A stretch of DNA of 64,000 nt from NCBI GenBank assembly GCA_041650755.1, contig JBAZKN010000001.1:314309-378308 (forward strand). Direction: 5' to 3'. The position numbers and the translations under genes are program-made. The notes below the pieces were generated by a model. That model saw only the letters and a program-made list of their open reading frames with translations, ran no database searches and was not told where the DNA came from. This stretch comes from Patescibacteria group bacterium (GTDB taxonomy: Bacteria; Patescibacteriota; Patescibacteriia; UBA1558; GWA2-36-10). Of this stretch, positions 20,401-28,900 are shown in pieces. Positions within the stretch are counted from its first letter, which is position 1. The number at the start of each line of letters is the position of its first letter.

Positions 20401-22552
20401 TTGGGCTGCTGAAATCAGTCACTAATTGATTATCGTAATAGCTGACCTGATAGGCGTTATTGCCAAAATTATCCCCAATCAAATCAACCTGATTGCCGGG
20501 CTGGCCATTATCGGGATAAAGAGCACATAGACCAGGCCGCAAAGTGCTGGTATTGACCAAAAAATCTTTAGGATCACTTTGTCTGGCATCAGACCTGACC
20601 ACTGTGACTGGATAAGTAACATTGATCGGCAAAGTATCTGGAACTTTCACTATAATCTGACTATCTCTCCAAAAAGTAGTAGAACATTGTATAGGAAAAG
20701 CAAAACTGCCCGGAGTACTGCCAAACAAGACTGTGCTTTGGCCGGATACATATGAACCAAAGTTAGCGCCCCTAATAGTCACATATTGATTGTGGGGGCC
20801 ACTGCCCGGATCAATCTCTGCAATTACCGGCTCACCATCCAAGGTGGCTGACACGTAAAAGGGATATGGATTGCTAAGTTCCGTACCAGAGTTGATCTGT
20901 ATACCGACACTACCTGGCTGCAAATTTGGTACAGTTGAAGCAGCTTGATCAAGGGTTGTGTTAATAGCAATATCATACCCGGGTATGCCCCCATAAGTGA
21001 CCTGATCGCCCGTATTATTAGTAAAATTGATACCAGTAATAGTCACCGGTGTTTCAAAAGACCCGGAACTTCTATCAGCCAGACAAATACCCGGACGGTT
21101 TATATCATTTTTAGAAAAAGTGGCTGGCGCACTAGATAATGAAATTGGTGCTGCTGCGGTCACTTCTACATCTAGAATGCCGTTAGGCAGAGTTGGCGGC
21201 ACACCAATAATAATATAATTATCTGTCCAGGTATCGGCATTGGAGCAGGCTGCATTTAGAGTACTAGGCAAAATCCCTGGGGCTGACTGAGTAGTTGAAT
21301 AAAAAGTGACTTGCCCTCTGCTTACGCCAAAATTTCTACCCTGAATAGTAACCAAGTTGTTGCCAGCGCCATTATTTGGAGTAATGGCGCTAATCACTGG
21401 CGCATTGACTGCCTGATCACCGGACAAACAAATGCTGCTAGGCCTACACTGGTTAGCTGAACAACAGCCAGTAGCCGGACATTCAGCAGTGTTATTATTA
21501 TCATTATTATTACAAGTCACACTTAAAAAGCTAGGATTACTAATATTAGCCGCGCTATTGAGCCTGACCTGCACATTGCCGCTCAAAGCATCATTGGGGA
21601 TATTGAAAGTAATCAGGCCATCAGACCAGCTGGAAATATCGGGCGTACCACCCACCAAAATACGTGATTGGGGGCTATTGGCAAAATCAATATAAACATC
21701 GTCATTGGCCGTTGGCGCATCACCAAAACCACGGCCCTCTATATTTAGAGTAGTGCCAATCGGACCACTGTTTGGATTGAGGCAGAAAATACTAGGATTA
21801 GTAGCATCTGTGATAGTAAAAGTGGGACCAAGCTGAGGAAAAACACCATCAGCATTGATTACCGCATTGTGGACAGTAATATAGTATCCATTGCCCGGCG
21901 TCAAACTAGTGGGCACTATAGCCACAATATTTCTATCTGACCAAGTGGTATTACCGGCGCAACTGGCAATCTCTGCTTGAGCTGAATGGCCATTATGATC
22001 ATCAAATGTGACTGTGCCCATGGTATTGCCAAAGTGCCAACCACTGATAGTCACGGCCGTGCCTAAACCAGCGCTATATGGACTAACACGACAAATAAAC
22101 ACTTCATTAGCATTGCTTGGCTCATCGCAAGCTCCTGGTAGGGTAGGATCCGGCGGAGATGGATTTGTTTCTTCGGTAGTAATACCGGTAGCGCTGCCTA
22201 ACCTTTCTATGATAAAACGACTTAAGGCATAGGCCGAAAAAATGATTAAAATACCAATTACTGCGCTGATAATAACCATCTTGGCGCGTTGTACTTTATC
22301 CCGATCGCCATGTGAAGTCAGCCAAAGGAAACCTCCATACAGAATAAATAAAATAGCCAGCGCTCCCAGGAAAGACAAAATAATATTAATAATGTTTGAA
22401 ACTGTCTGGTATATGTTCCGCGTCGAGTACACCAAAAGATTATTGAGATTTTCCGTGCCAAAATTAGTCACGTTGATCTGAGCCAAAGCATGGGGCAGAT
22501 GAAATATGCTCCCCAAATCAAGGCTGTTAATAAAAGTCAAAAATTCTTGCAT
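14489..22552 (-). CDS. giant (2687 aa) surface protein: VirB2/TrbC-like pilin head, IPT/TIG repeats, Ig-like domains, FN3, Cys-rich repeats and C-terminal vWA
   Basis: ILYGGFLWLTSHGDRDKVQRAK pilin motif; repeated PxxG...VTIxGxNFG; CG(N/D)G...ExCD repeats; AVFIFDMSASM MIDAS. Confidence 0.85.
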   Translation of the reverse strand: MQEFLTFINSLDLGSIFHLPHALAQINVTNFGTENLNNLLVYSTRNIYQTVSNIINIILSFLGALAILFILYGGFLWLTSHGDRDKVQRAKMVIISAVIGILIIFSAYALSRFIIERLGSATGITTEETNPSPPDPTLPGACDEPSNANEVFICRVSPYSAGLGTAVTISGWHFGNTMGTVTFDDHNGHSAQAEIASCAGNTTWSDRNIVAIVPTSLTPGNGYYITVHNAVINADGVFPQLGPTFTITDATNPSIFCLNPNSGPIGTTLNIEGRGFGDAPTANDDVYIDFANSPQSRILVGGTPDISSWSDGLITFNIPNDALSGNVQVRLNSAANISNPSFLSVTCNNNDNNNTAECPATGCCSANQCRPSSICLSGDQAVNAPVISAITPNNGAGNNLVTIQGRNFGVSRGQVTFYSTTQSAPGILPSTLNAACSNADTWTDNYIIIGVPPTLPNGILDVEVTAAAPISLSSAPATFSKNDINRPGICLADRSSGSFETPVTITGINFTNNTGDQVTYGGIPGYDIAINTTLDQAASTVPNLQPGSVGIQINSGTELSNPYPFYVSATLDGEPVIAEIDPGSGPHNQYVTIRGANFGSYVSGQSTVLFGSTPGSFAFPIQCSTTFWRDSQIIVKVPDTLPINVTYPVTVVRSDARQSDPKDFLVNTSTLRPGLCALYPDNGQPGNQVDLIGDNFGNNAYQVSYYDNQLVTDFSSPSFWIDSQIRTRVPENARSGPVRALSTATSSNSLNFSVGSCGRDSDCQALGYSTCCPRDVGNYCADSCETIRSCTYGWRITTQAAPITELNVSDQWPSCTDSCNNPQIGVRFNSALLEATVLPANFAIRDTDNNTVAITGLDWNRSDNSVVLNYNGNLTLGDTYQVSILTGLQNIYNDGFDEPYTWTFTVGNENCQFQSVELIPSTATATRTNQLVGFSATPLSDPDICGGQPLSCTNCQWNWSSSQPSIATVGTGTQSVNAISTGSTTNLTGSTNISCRVDQSGNSATGQAILNIDYTLYVGSLSVINWWPNCNGACINSQVRVDFSSPLSTGSVTPTNFRITDSSGNLISDGSLPQMNGDRSVIVGHYPFDLGQTYTLTVNGAVSSISGATLGSNFERTFSMASNPADCVVSSVDVVPEREPDYGFVATRRNQSILYEALTFGSNEACTNIPIDCQNCSYAWDTIDHTVATVSPNNIARPYVTISPGANNGDNTDVTVRVTDLGVTSNSNDLLSVSLYQGAAPEIYEYHPPQGSINQCLNVAISVTFTELMNTQSLRDGIKVYDISNAANPVAVDGYLSVSSAAGRTTAVFNPRPYLQPNRTYRAVVANTVVSIENVNMAAEFSWTFSTGTEVCRISYATIDPSSDIITCAHNRCPGDVMPISADGNQHQYLAKAYDVRGTQLSSTGLDFTWRTRNVAPNNLLDLVFGNNVDTLVATVVNKNGDEVLLVDIVDGDLSDQINLGQVSVSANITIFLCENPWPDLNAFPWAPYTGSYNYNFSTYYCQNSGINDETVLPSLNVPLPTSPNPVGVLPDGEFIFTVNPSITMRAGNLFGSLALAESKSQLKENGKNWLKFLSKIFTPRALSQESLPVNSPSAPTNLTAVSATASGISLTWTDVSGGTHQESGFVVERREVNTGEIVTVALPADSTSYIDRSIQVDVNYAYRVGATSSQTSVIFWGASIAVSIASDQSGIDIIGIRVMGNPEHLSVSDWYRQHAPNPNQTGNLIEVDGYPALQVGNTTYIAATNLSGGLLYTNIYLISYNVGARPYTQEIVNQILGNFKLNINITTGQSNLCSFDGVLSTQTCSSNFDCVRSGSSYSCDSRGLKLRRDTKRLGDLLSIKKSLDNYGVAHKACSTNAQISCVTNSQCPSNGTCVPYYPMLNAGSFVRGQSNSKWPSWQETFGSTLASQSLPVDPINQFNGCSADGFDPDTCWNESTLTFNCPADSLLYYYKRNDTGSGYNLAANFEYDSQAWAGITFASSLVNTGTSVRGLLSPLSATLDNICNGTGANISNPSCGNGIIDSGEECDGGYLDYRCDATPDLGNHDWWNEQKFGCNPPGTLSDTGALIECRWYAPLTPLTESQCGGYCRDNSLETAYERCESVNGVITYNNVVYSCGTGYTLTCPTNSCQPTCTLLGSNYPAAACGDGVWAQGVEQCDGSANPSGLANWDCTLNGNARCNNTCRVVCDVDISTPYQGKCGDGIIQDFSICSNNPSQACTNSSQCGSGVCVQAERCDYASYITPDTNQATGEPAPIPNAAYTCSQACDFVSQPYCGDRTVQSNFGEICDTNLAIRPTPAQSNVDNQYACRMTSDATNDRCTPTSGGWCGNGTVENGQNSTINAGEVCDSLNYSISPDQSSQTSQYVCDNSCQTSGGWCGNGTVESSYGEACDYGSGTIEKRVDAVFIFDMSASMSTAADQFCDSLSSVINSLQNNNVNFRLTIMPLGDSPSNNLTPSMADNIDTIFTVNELDIDGTDCPQYFYYNTIQLPGSVTTFNTLVPNCTLPTVNAPNVIRVRSFYDASTNDIASTVVANNCTDMTYPATGNCVVQDEYAGNIENWAYATAKIAEAYQWINDYQRIIVPVSDEYAWCGGNSTIFTNDDNYGPGVTSGWLYDAVQNAIDNNIHISPVFFNTYTPAVEAATNVANDTGGSLITDNTGWDTNIMRIVNSAFCDGNGDGIMDCTLPNN

Positions 22553-22582
22553 GTTTGTATTTTTATTTGACTAAAATTTATC

Positions 22583-24202
22583 TTATGGTGCTGGCACTTG
22601 CCAACCGCCTGGTATGGCGCCACCGCCAGTAGTACAAGCGGCACAACCCGTACCCACACAAGCGCAAGGATACCAACAATTTTGGTGACTATCTTTGACG
22701 CCAGACAAAACATTTATATTATAACTGGTGTTGGTCTCCAATTTATCATGACGAATATTGATGATATTGCCGACAGCATAGGGACTATAATTAATATCAC
22801 CAATTAAATTCCTATAAAATCTGACGCTATCCGAATTTACCGAGCCAGCAAATAAGGGCTTATCAAAAGTAGCTGTCACATTATTTACTAAAGAAAAACT
22901 ATTACTAGAATCCATAGCTGTCATCACGGGTGGCGCCAAATCCAAAGTATCATTAACCACAAAAATCCAATCTCTATTGCCACCGGCCACATTATCATTG
23001 TCACCATCCAATCTGTTGCCGGCCATATCAGTAATGTTGTCTGTTACCCGACCGCTAAAATTGCCGGCCGGCAAACAATAAACATCCTGACCGCAAGAAT
23101 TCTGCACACAAGCTGTTCCGGTAGTAAATTCTACTGTCCGATACTGATTTGAGATCAGGTATTGACCAGCCATATGTGTGGGGTCGCCACTGCGATCAAT
23201 ATATATATTGGAAAAACCGCCAGAACCAGTGGAAATGCCGGAAGCCAAAATTGGATTTACCGACTCAGAAAAATTTATCTGCACCACTGTATTGCGCGGC
23301 ACAGCTGTCGACCCTTCTGGTATGATTAAAGTCACGCGCGGCGGAGTATTGTCTATTTCTGTGCCAACAGTAAATTGCCATGCATAATAACCCAAAGAAA
23401 AAGCTGGGATACCGTTAGCGCGCTGCCAGCCAGACAAAACCATTTCATAGCGCGTAATATCTCGATCGCTACCTAAATAATCAGTAGGATTGGTGCCATC
23501 ACCAAAAGGATTAAACTCAAAAATTTTAGGATTGTTTGGGTCATAAGTCACCCACATTTGGTCATCTTCCAAATCAATATTATCACTAACCTTATGAAGC
23601 CTCACATTATCATTATCAATATTGCAGCGCCGACGACCATCGGGCAAATCAGCACAGGGATTGCTTGTAAAATTAATATCCATCGGCTCCCTAAAAGTCA
23701 CATAAATATTGGTGTTGCGCGGCACGCCAATGGCGTCTCTGGCTGGATAATGGCTTTCTAGGACTCCTCCGCCCAAACCGCTGCCCGGACCATAGCCGCC
23801 GGGTGGTATACTTTCATCCACTCCGAATATGGCCGCTATTTGTTTGTCAAAAATCCAATTAACCAAAGCGTAAGAAGAAAAAATAATCGCCAGACCAATA
23901 ACAGCGCTAATTATCGTTTTTTTAGCTTGATCAATCTTGTCCTTATTGCCTCTAGAAGTCAGCCAGATAAAACCACCATAAAGAATTATCAAAATGGCCA
24001 GAGCGCCCAAGAAAGATAAGATGATATTGACAATACCAGTAACGGTCTCGTAGACATTTTTGGTAGAGTAAATCAGTAAATTATTGAGATTCTCGGTACC
24101 AAAATTAGTTACGTTGACTTGCGCCTGCGAAACTTGCGGCCACAAAAAAATAACTGCAAATAAAGCCATCAACTTTACAGTTACTTTTTTAATTATTAGC
24201 AT
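22583..24202 (-). CDS. pilin-headed surface protein with Ig-like domains
   Basis: N-terminus nearly identical to the pilin head of the giant protein (QVNVTNFGTENLNNLL...YGGFIWLTSRG); PRNT...FSE Ig repeats. Confidence 0.85.
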   Translation of the reverse strand: MLIIKKVTVKLMALFAVIFLWPQVSQAQVNVTNFGTENLNNLLIYSTKNVYETVTGIVNIILSFLGALAILIILYGGFIWLTSRGNKDKIDQAKKTIISAVIGLAIIFSSYALVNWIFDKQIAAIFGVDESIPPGGYGPGSGLGGGVLESHYPARDAIGVPRNTNIYVTFREPMDINFTSNPCADLPDGRRRCNIDNDNVRLHKVSDNIDLEDDQMWVTYDPNNPKIFEFNPFGDGTNPTDYLGSDRDITRYEMVLSGWQRANGIPAFSLGYYAWQFTVGTEIDNTPPRVTLIIPEGSTAVPRNTVVQINFSESVNPILASGISTGSGGFSNIYIDRSGDPTHMAGQYLISNQYRTVEFTTGTACVQNSCGQDVYCLPAGNFSGRVTDNITDMAGNRLDGDNDNVAGGNRDWIFVVNDTLDLAPPVMTAMDSSNSFSLVNNVTATFDKPLFAGSVNSDSVRFYRNLIGDINYSPYAVGNIINIRHDKLETNTSYNINVLSGVKDSHQNCWYPCACVGTGCAACTTGGGAIPGGWQVPAP

Positions 24203-24231
24203 GGGATAATGTATTTAATTTTTAATTTTAT

Positions 24232-24687
24232 TTATAAGCCGAGTTTGGCTTTGACCAAGCGCTGAACCGTCTGGCCATCAGCCTGGCCGCCAGTTTTGGC
24301 CATAACCGTCTTCATGGCTTGACCAAAATTATTTATTCCCGAGGAAATCACCTCATCTACTATAGCGGCTATGTCTGTCTCTGACATCTGGCTGGGCATG
24401 TATTTCTCCAAAATTTCCACCTCCCGCTCTTCTTTATCAGCCAAATCTTGCCGCCTGCCCGCCTTAAATTGGCTAATAGAATCCTGCCTTTTTTTCGCCT
24501 CCCGACGCAAAACAGCGGCTATTTCACTATCCTCTAGCTCGGGTTTGCGCAATTCGATGGCTTGATTCTTGATGGCGCTTTTGATCAAACGCAAAGTAGA
24601 AACCACTGCCTCATTTTTATCTTTCAAGGCTTGTTTCAAATCGTTTTCTATATCTAAATTTAAAGACATATAATAATATTTAAACAA
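24232..24687 (-). CDS. GatB/YqeY domain protein (true start possibly 24669)
   Basis: LKQALK...LRLIKSAIKN...KKRQDSISQF...GQADG; downstream of rpsU. Confidence 0.93.
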   Translation of the reverse strand: MFKYYYMSLNLDIENDLKQALKDKNEAVVSTLRLIKSAIKNQAIELRKPELEDSEIAAVLRREAKKRQDSISQFKAGRRQDLADKEEREVEILEKYMPSQMSETDIAAIVDEVISSGINNFGQAMKTVMAKTGGQADGQTVQRLVKAKLGL

Positions 24688-24741
24688 TAATCGTCACTAT
24701 TTTGTTTGTTAGCAAGCCGCTGAACAAACAAAAACTAACGA

Positions 24742-24987
24742 CTATCTTTTTTTGGTCTTTTTAAAAGCTACTTCGTCAAATTTACCGATTCGTTTTAGAT
24801 AATCCAATTTTCCAGATATTTGCTTGCGTCGCAAAGCACTAGCCTTTAGCTCACGCTTGGTTTTTGGCTTATTGTAAAACCTGACTTTTTTGGCCTGCAA
24901 AATCTTGCCGCTCTGGATAGTCTTTTTGGTAAACCGACGAATCATTGCTTCAAAAGATTCGCCATCTTTTCGTTTGACTTCCAACAC
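24742..24987 (-). CDS. rpsU: 30S ribosomal protein bS21
   Basis: VKRKDGESFEAMIRRFTKK...RFYNKP; rpsU-yqeY synteny; GTG/TTG start. Confidence 0.88.
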   Translation of the reverse strand: MLEVKRKDGESFEAMIRRFTKKTIQSGKILQAKKVRFYNKPKTKRELKASALRRKQISGKLDYLKRIGKFDEVAFKKTKKR

Positions 24988-24993
24988 TGATGG

Positions 24994-25004
24994 TCACCCC
25001 CTTA
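24994..25004 (-). promoter_or_regulatory. extended Shine-Dalgarno of rpsU
   Basis: TAAGGGGGTGA, 10/11 match to TAAGGAGGTGA with the mismatch able to form G:U. Confidence 0.8.
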
Positions 25005-25169
25005 TCTAAAGTATTTTTAATAATGAATTTATCCACAAGACTAACTGCTAAAAAAGCAATTATTCTTATAGTTATCATGACACAAATTATTACAAAAGTC
25101 AACAAAAAACAAAATCCGCCCCTTAGCTTTTTTTAGCCAGAGGCGGACCTTAAAATTATATAGGTAAAT

Positions 25170-26498
25170 TTATTTCAACTTTTTGGTTTTGATGAGTTTA
25201 GCACCCTCGTGATCCAATCTTTTTCTTAATTCATTCTTGACTTTACGATAATCAAGAATTTCTTGGACACCGCTCTCCATGTCGCGCAATAAAACCGTGC
25301 CATCGGCAATTTCTTTTTGGCCCAAAATCAAAGTATATTTGACGCCTTTGCGATTAGCCGCTTCTAGCTGGTCCTTTAAACCTTTTTTGGACATGCTTTC
25401 AATCACTTCAAAGCCATCCAGACGCAAATCTTCAAATAACTTCAAGGCCTGTTTGCGAGCCTCTACCCCCAGTTGAGCAACATAAACTTCAAAACTTTTT
25501 TGCGGCGGTGGGACGATCTTGTTTTCTTGTAATTTAAAAATCACCCGCTCCAGACCGACGGCAAAACCAATCGCTGGTGTAGACCGACCACCTAAAATTT
25601 CAACTAAATTATCGTAGCGTCCACCGCCACCCAAAGCTTGTAGCTTGCCCTGCTCACTGGTCTCAAATATTTCCCAGGCGGTTTTAGTATAATAATCCAA
25701 ACCCCTGACAATCCGCGGATTCAGATTATATTTAATATCCATGTCTTCCAGATAATCCAAAACACCCATGAAATGGTTCTTGCAATCTTCGCATAAATAA
25801 TCAACTAGTTGAGGTGCGCCGCCAGATATCTCTTGACACCTCTTGTTTTTACAATCCAACAAGCGCAAAGTATTTTTTGACCAGCGCTGTTGGCAATCAG
25901 GACACAGTTCTTTTTTATAATTTTGATAATAATTTTTGAGAGCTTTGAGATACTGTGGTCGGCAATTATCATCACCCACACTATTGATGTGAATCTCTAT
26001 ATCAAGACCAAGCTCTCTCAAAAAGTTATAAGACAAAATAATCAATTGGGCATCAATCACCGGGTCAATCTCACCCAAGACCTCAAAGCCAAATTGCCAA
26101 AACTGGCGATAACGACCAGCCTGTGGTTTATCGTGACGAAAAAATGGTCCAAAATAATAAAGTTTGACAGGCTGCGGCAGATTGATCATGCCGTGTTCAA
26201 TATAGCTCCTGACTACACCAGCGGTATTTTCCGGACGCAAAGATAGTTTATCACCACCTTCAGTCACAAAAGAATACATTTCTTTGCTGACGACATCTGT
26301 CTCCTCACCCACACCCCGCTTGAACAAACTGGTAAATTCAACTATGGGCGTGTCGATCTTAGCAAAACCATAATGCCGGCCAAACTTATCTACTTTATCA
26401 CGCAACCAAAACCAATAATGCTGTTCATCTGGCAAGATATCTTTCATGCCTTTGACCAGCTGCAGTGGGGGCTTTTTGACTTTTTTGTTAGTAGACAT
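25170..26498 (-). CDS. hisS: histidine--tRNA ligase
   Basis: LRPENTAG, GRYRQFWQ, RGLDYY, GGGRYD and GFAVGLER. Confidence 0.97.
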   Translation of the reverse strand: MSTNKKVKKPPLQLVKGMKDILPDEQHYWFWLRDKVDKFGRHYGFAKIDTPIVEFTSLFKRGVGEETDVVSKEMYSFVTEGGDKLSLRPENTAGVVRSYIEHGMINLPQPVKLYYFGPFFRHDKPQAGRYRQFWQFGFEVLGEIDPVIDAQLIILSYNFLRELGLDIEIHINSVGDDNCRPQYLKALKNYYQNYKKELCPDCQQRWSKNTLRLLDCKNKRCQEISGGAPQLVDYLCEDCKNHFMGVLDYLEDMDIKYNLNPRIVRGLDYYTKTAWEIFETSEQGKLQALGGGGRYDNLVEILGGRSTPAIGFAVGLERVIFKLQENKIVPPPQKSFEVYVAQLGVEARKQALKLFEDLRLDGFEVIESMSKKGLKDQLEAANRKGVKYTLILGQKEIADGTVLLRDMESGVQEILDYRKVKNELRKRLDHEGAKLIKTKKLK

Positions 26499-26503
26499 AA
26501 GCT

Positions 26504-27169
26504 TTACTTATATTCTGGGGCATTAAAAGTATTAAAACGATCAAACGGCCAGACGCGCAACCAGACCTTGCCGATTATATCGCCACGCTTGATTGGACCC
26601 AGGCGTCGCGAATCATAACTGTTGTTTCGATTATCACCCATGACAAAATATTCATCATATTTTAGATTGACCGGGCCATAATAGTCATTGGAAAAATTCT
26701 GGATATAAGTTTCTTCCAATAATTCATCATTGACATATACCCGGCCCTGCTTGATTTCCAGCTTATCGCCCGGCAAACCAATGACCCTCTTGATAAAATA
26801 AACTTTGCGATCCTCTGGATCTTTTAGTATCACCACCTCACCGCGTTTAGGCGTCTCGAATCTATAACTAATTTCATTGATGATCAAATACTCCTTATCG
26901 TAAAAATTCTGCTCCATAGAAGCGCCCTGAACATAGAAAGGCTGCACTAAAAAATATCGAATAGGCAAAATAATAGCCAAGGATATAAAAACAACTTTTA
27001 CAATTTCAAAAACCAAAGATCCGGCTTTTTTGGCTACGCTCATGCTGGGGCCGTCATCTTCTTCGGAAAATTGTTCTAAATTTAATTCTTCAAGAGTAGA
27101 GTCGGGCTGCGGCTCTGTCACTGGCTGCTCGGCCGGCTCTTGATACTCTAGCTTATCTTTTTGATCCAT
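26504..27169 (-). CDS. lepB: signal peptidase I
   Basis: GASME (Ser), FIKRVIGLPGD (Lys) and MGDNRNNSYDSR. Confidence 0.96.
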   Translation of the reverse strand: MDQKDKLEYQEPAEQPVTEPQPDSTLEELNLEQFSEEDDGPSMSVAKKAGSLVFEIVKVVFISLAIILPIRYFLVQPFYVQGASMEQNFYDKEYLIINEISYRFETPKRGEVVILKDPEDRKVYFIKRVIGLPGDKLEIKQGRVYVNDELLEETYIQNFSNDYYGPVNLKYDEYFVMGDNRNNSYDSRRLGPIKRGDIIGKVWLRVWPFDRFNTFNAPEYK

Positions 27170-27254
27170 ATTTATTGCAAATTAGCTAAATTGTAGACTT
27201 ATTATACACAAAGGTTTGATTAAAAGCAAATAATAAATAGGTGTTTCTTCTGGT

Positions 27255-27283
27255 TTGACTTTTGCTGAATAAGTCACTATAAT
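27255..27283 (+). promoter_or_regulatory. sigma70 promoter of the LCP-der-pth unit
   Basis: TTGACT-17nt-TATAAT. Confidence 0.8.
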
Positions 27284-27331
27284 AGATATACTTTTTTAAC
27301 GAAATAGCATTTGAAGGAAGGTTAATCGCGC

Positions 27332-28888
27332 ATGGCGAGTGGTTTTAAACATCACGAAATCAATCTATCAGCCCCATCTGTCACTAGTAGTCGACCAGAA
27401 ACATACCCTATTTCTAGCTCCCCAGGCAGACCCACCAGGCTCAGCGGAAAGCGGAAGAAATTTTCCTGCTTTTTTATATTTCTGATTATTTTTTTCTCTA
27501 TCATCGGAGCTGTCTTATCGGCCAGCAACAATAGCTTCTTGGGTGGTGTCAAAAACAGCTACTTAATCAGACAAATCACCCATATCATCTATCCCGGACA
27601 AAAATATCTGGCCGGTGAAAAAGAAGACCGTATAAATTTATTGGCCGTGGGCATGGGTGGTGAAGGCCATAGCGGCCCCTATCTGACCGATACCATCATT
27701 ATTGCCAGCTTCAAACCATCCAGCAAAGAAGCTGCCCTTTTTTCCATACCGCGCGACACCATTGTAAAATACCAAGGAACTTATTATAAAATAAATGAAA
27801 TCTATACTTTGGGCCGAGAAAAAAATGATCAAGGCGGAAAACTAATGAAACAAGTGGTATCGGAAAATTTTGGCATACCCATACATTATTTTGGCGCCGT
27901 AGATTTTCAGGGCTTTGTGGAAATTATTGACTCCATAGGCGGCATCAAAGTAAATGTAGAAAAATCTTTCACCGACTATCAATTCCCCACGGCCGACTAT
28001 AAGGTCCAGACCATCAGCTTCAAAGAGGGCTGGCAAAAAATGGATGGCATTACTGCCCTGCGCTATGCCCGCTCTCGCCACGGAAATAATGGCGAAGGTT
28101 CCGATTTCGCCCGCATCAAACGTCAACAAAAAATTATTCTGGCCGCTAAAGACAAGGTGCTCTCCTTCAATACCTGGATCAACCCCAAAAAAATCGTGGA
28201 CATCTTTTCTCTAATGAACAAATACACTCAAACCGATATGGAGCCGTGGGAAGCGGTCAAGCTCGTCCATTTAGCCAAAGGATTGAATACACAAAATATC
28301 ATCACCCAATCTATCGATGATCGGCCGGGCGGCTATCTAAAGGCTGGCATTGCCGCCAATGGCGCCTATATACTCCAGCCCAACACCGGCAGCTATGACA
28401 AAATTAAGGAATTGATTAACAATATTTTTTCCTTTACCCAAATACCCAAAGAAGATGCCAAAATTGTCATTCAAAACGGCACAAATGTAGAAGGTCTGGC
28501 GCTCAAAGCAGTCAACTACTTAAACCAGATGGGCTATAACGTTCTGCGCTATGGCAATGATGCTACGCAAAATAAAATCAGCACTGTTGTTTATAGCTAT
28601 ACTGATAAAAAACCACGTACTCAAGAATCCCTAGAAAATATCTTCCAAACCAAAGCGCAGACAGCCGCTGACCCTAAATATTTTTCCCCTGAAATCGCCA
28701 AAAAATTTGATCTAAAAGATGATAAGGGCAACTGGCAAAACATTGATTTTTTGATTGTTTTGGGTTTAGACCAACAAATCGATGAAAGCAAACAACTAGT
28801 GCCAACTATTGACCCCAGCCTATATAACTCCTCTACTGCGACCAGCACCGTTTCTAGTACCAGCCCTTTTGATGGTATAATAAACTAG
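27332..28888 (+). CDS. LCP (LytR-CpsA-Psr) family glycopolymer transferase with LytR_C domain
   Basis: TDTII, SIPRD, ALRYARSR, SDFARIKRQQ and IQNGT...GLA. Confidence 0.93.
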   Translation: MASGFKHHEINLSAPSVTSSRPETYPISSSPGRPTRLSGKRKKFSCFFIFLIIFFSIIGAVLSASNNSFLGGVKNSYLIRQITHIIYPGQKYLAGEKEDRINLLAVGMGGEGHSGPYLTDTIIIASFKPSSKEAALFSIPRDTIVKYQGTYYKINEIYTLGREKNDQGGKLMKQVVSENFGIPIHYFGAVDFQGFVEIIDSIGGIKVNVEKSFTDYQFPTADYKVQTISFKEGWQKMDGITALRYARSRHGNNGEGSDFARIKRQQKIILAAKDKVLSFNTWINPKKIVDIFSLMNKYTQTDMEPWEAVKLVHLAKGLNTQNIITQSIDDRPGGYLKAGIAANGAYILQPNTGSYDKIKELINNIFSFTQIPKEDAKIVIQNGTNVEGLALKAVNYLNQMGYNVLRYGNDATQNKISTVVYSYTDKKPRTQESLENIFQTKAQTAADPKYFSPEIAKKFDLKDDKGNWQNIDFLIVLGLDQQIDESKQLVPTIDPSLYNSSTATSTVSSTSPFDGIIN

Positions 28889-28900
28889 TAATCATTATTT

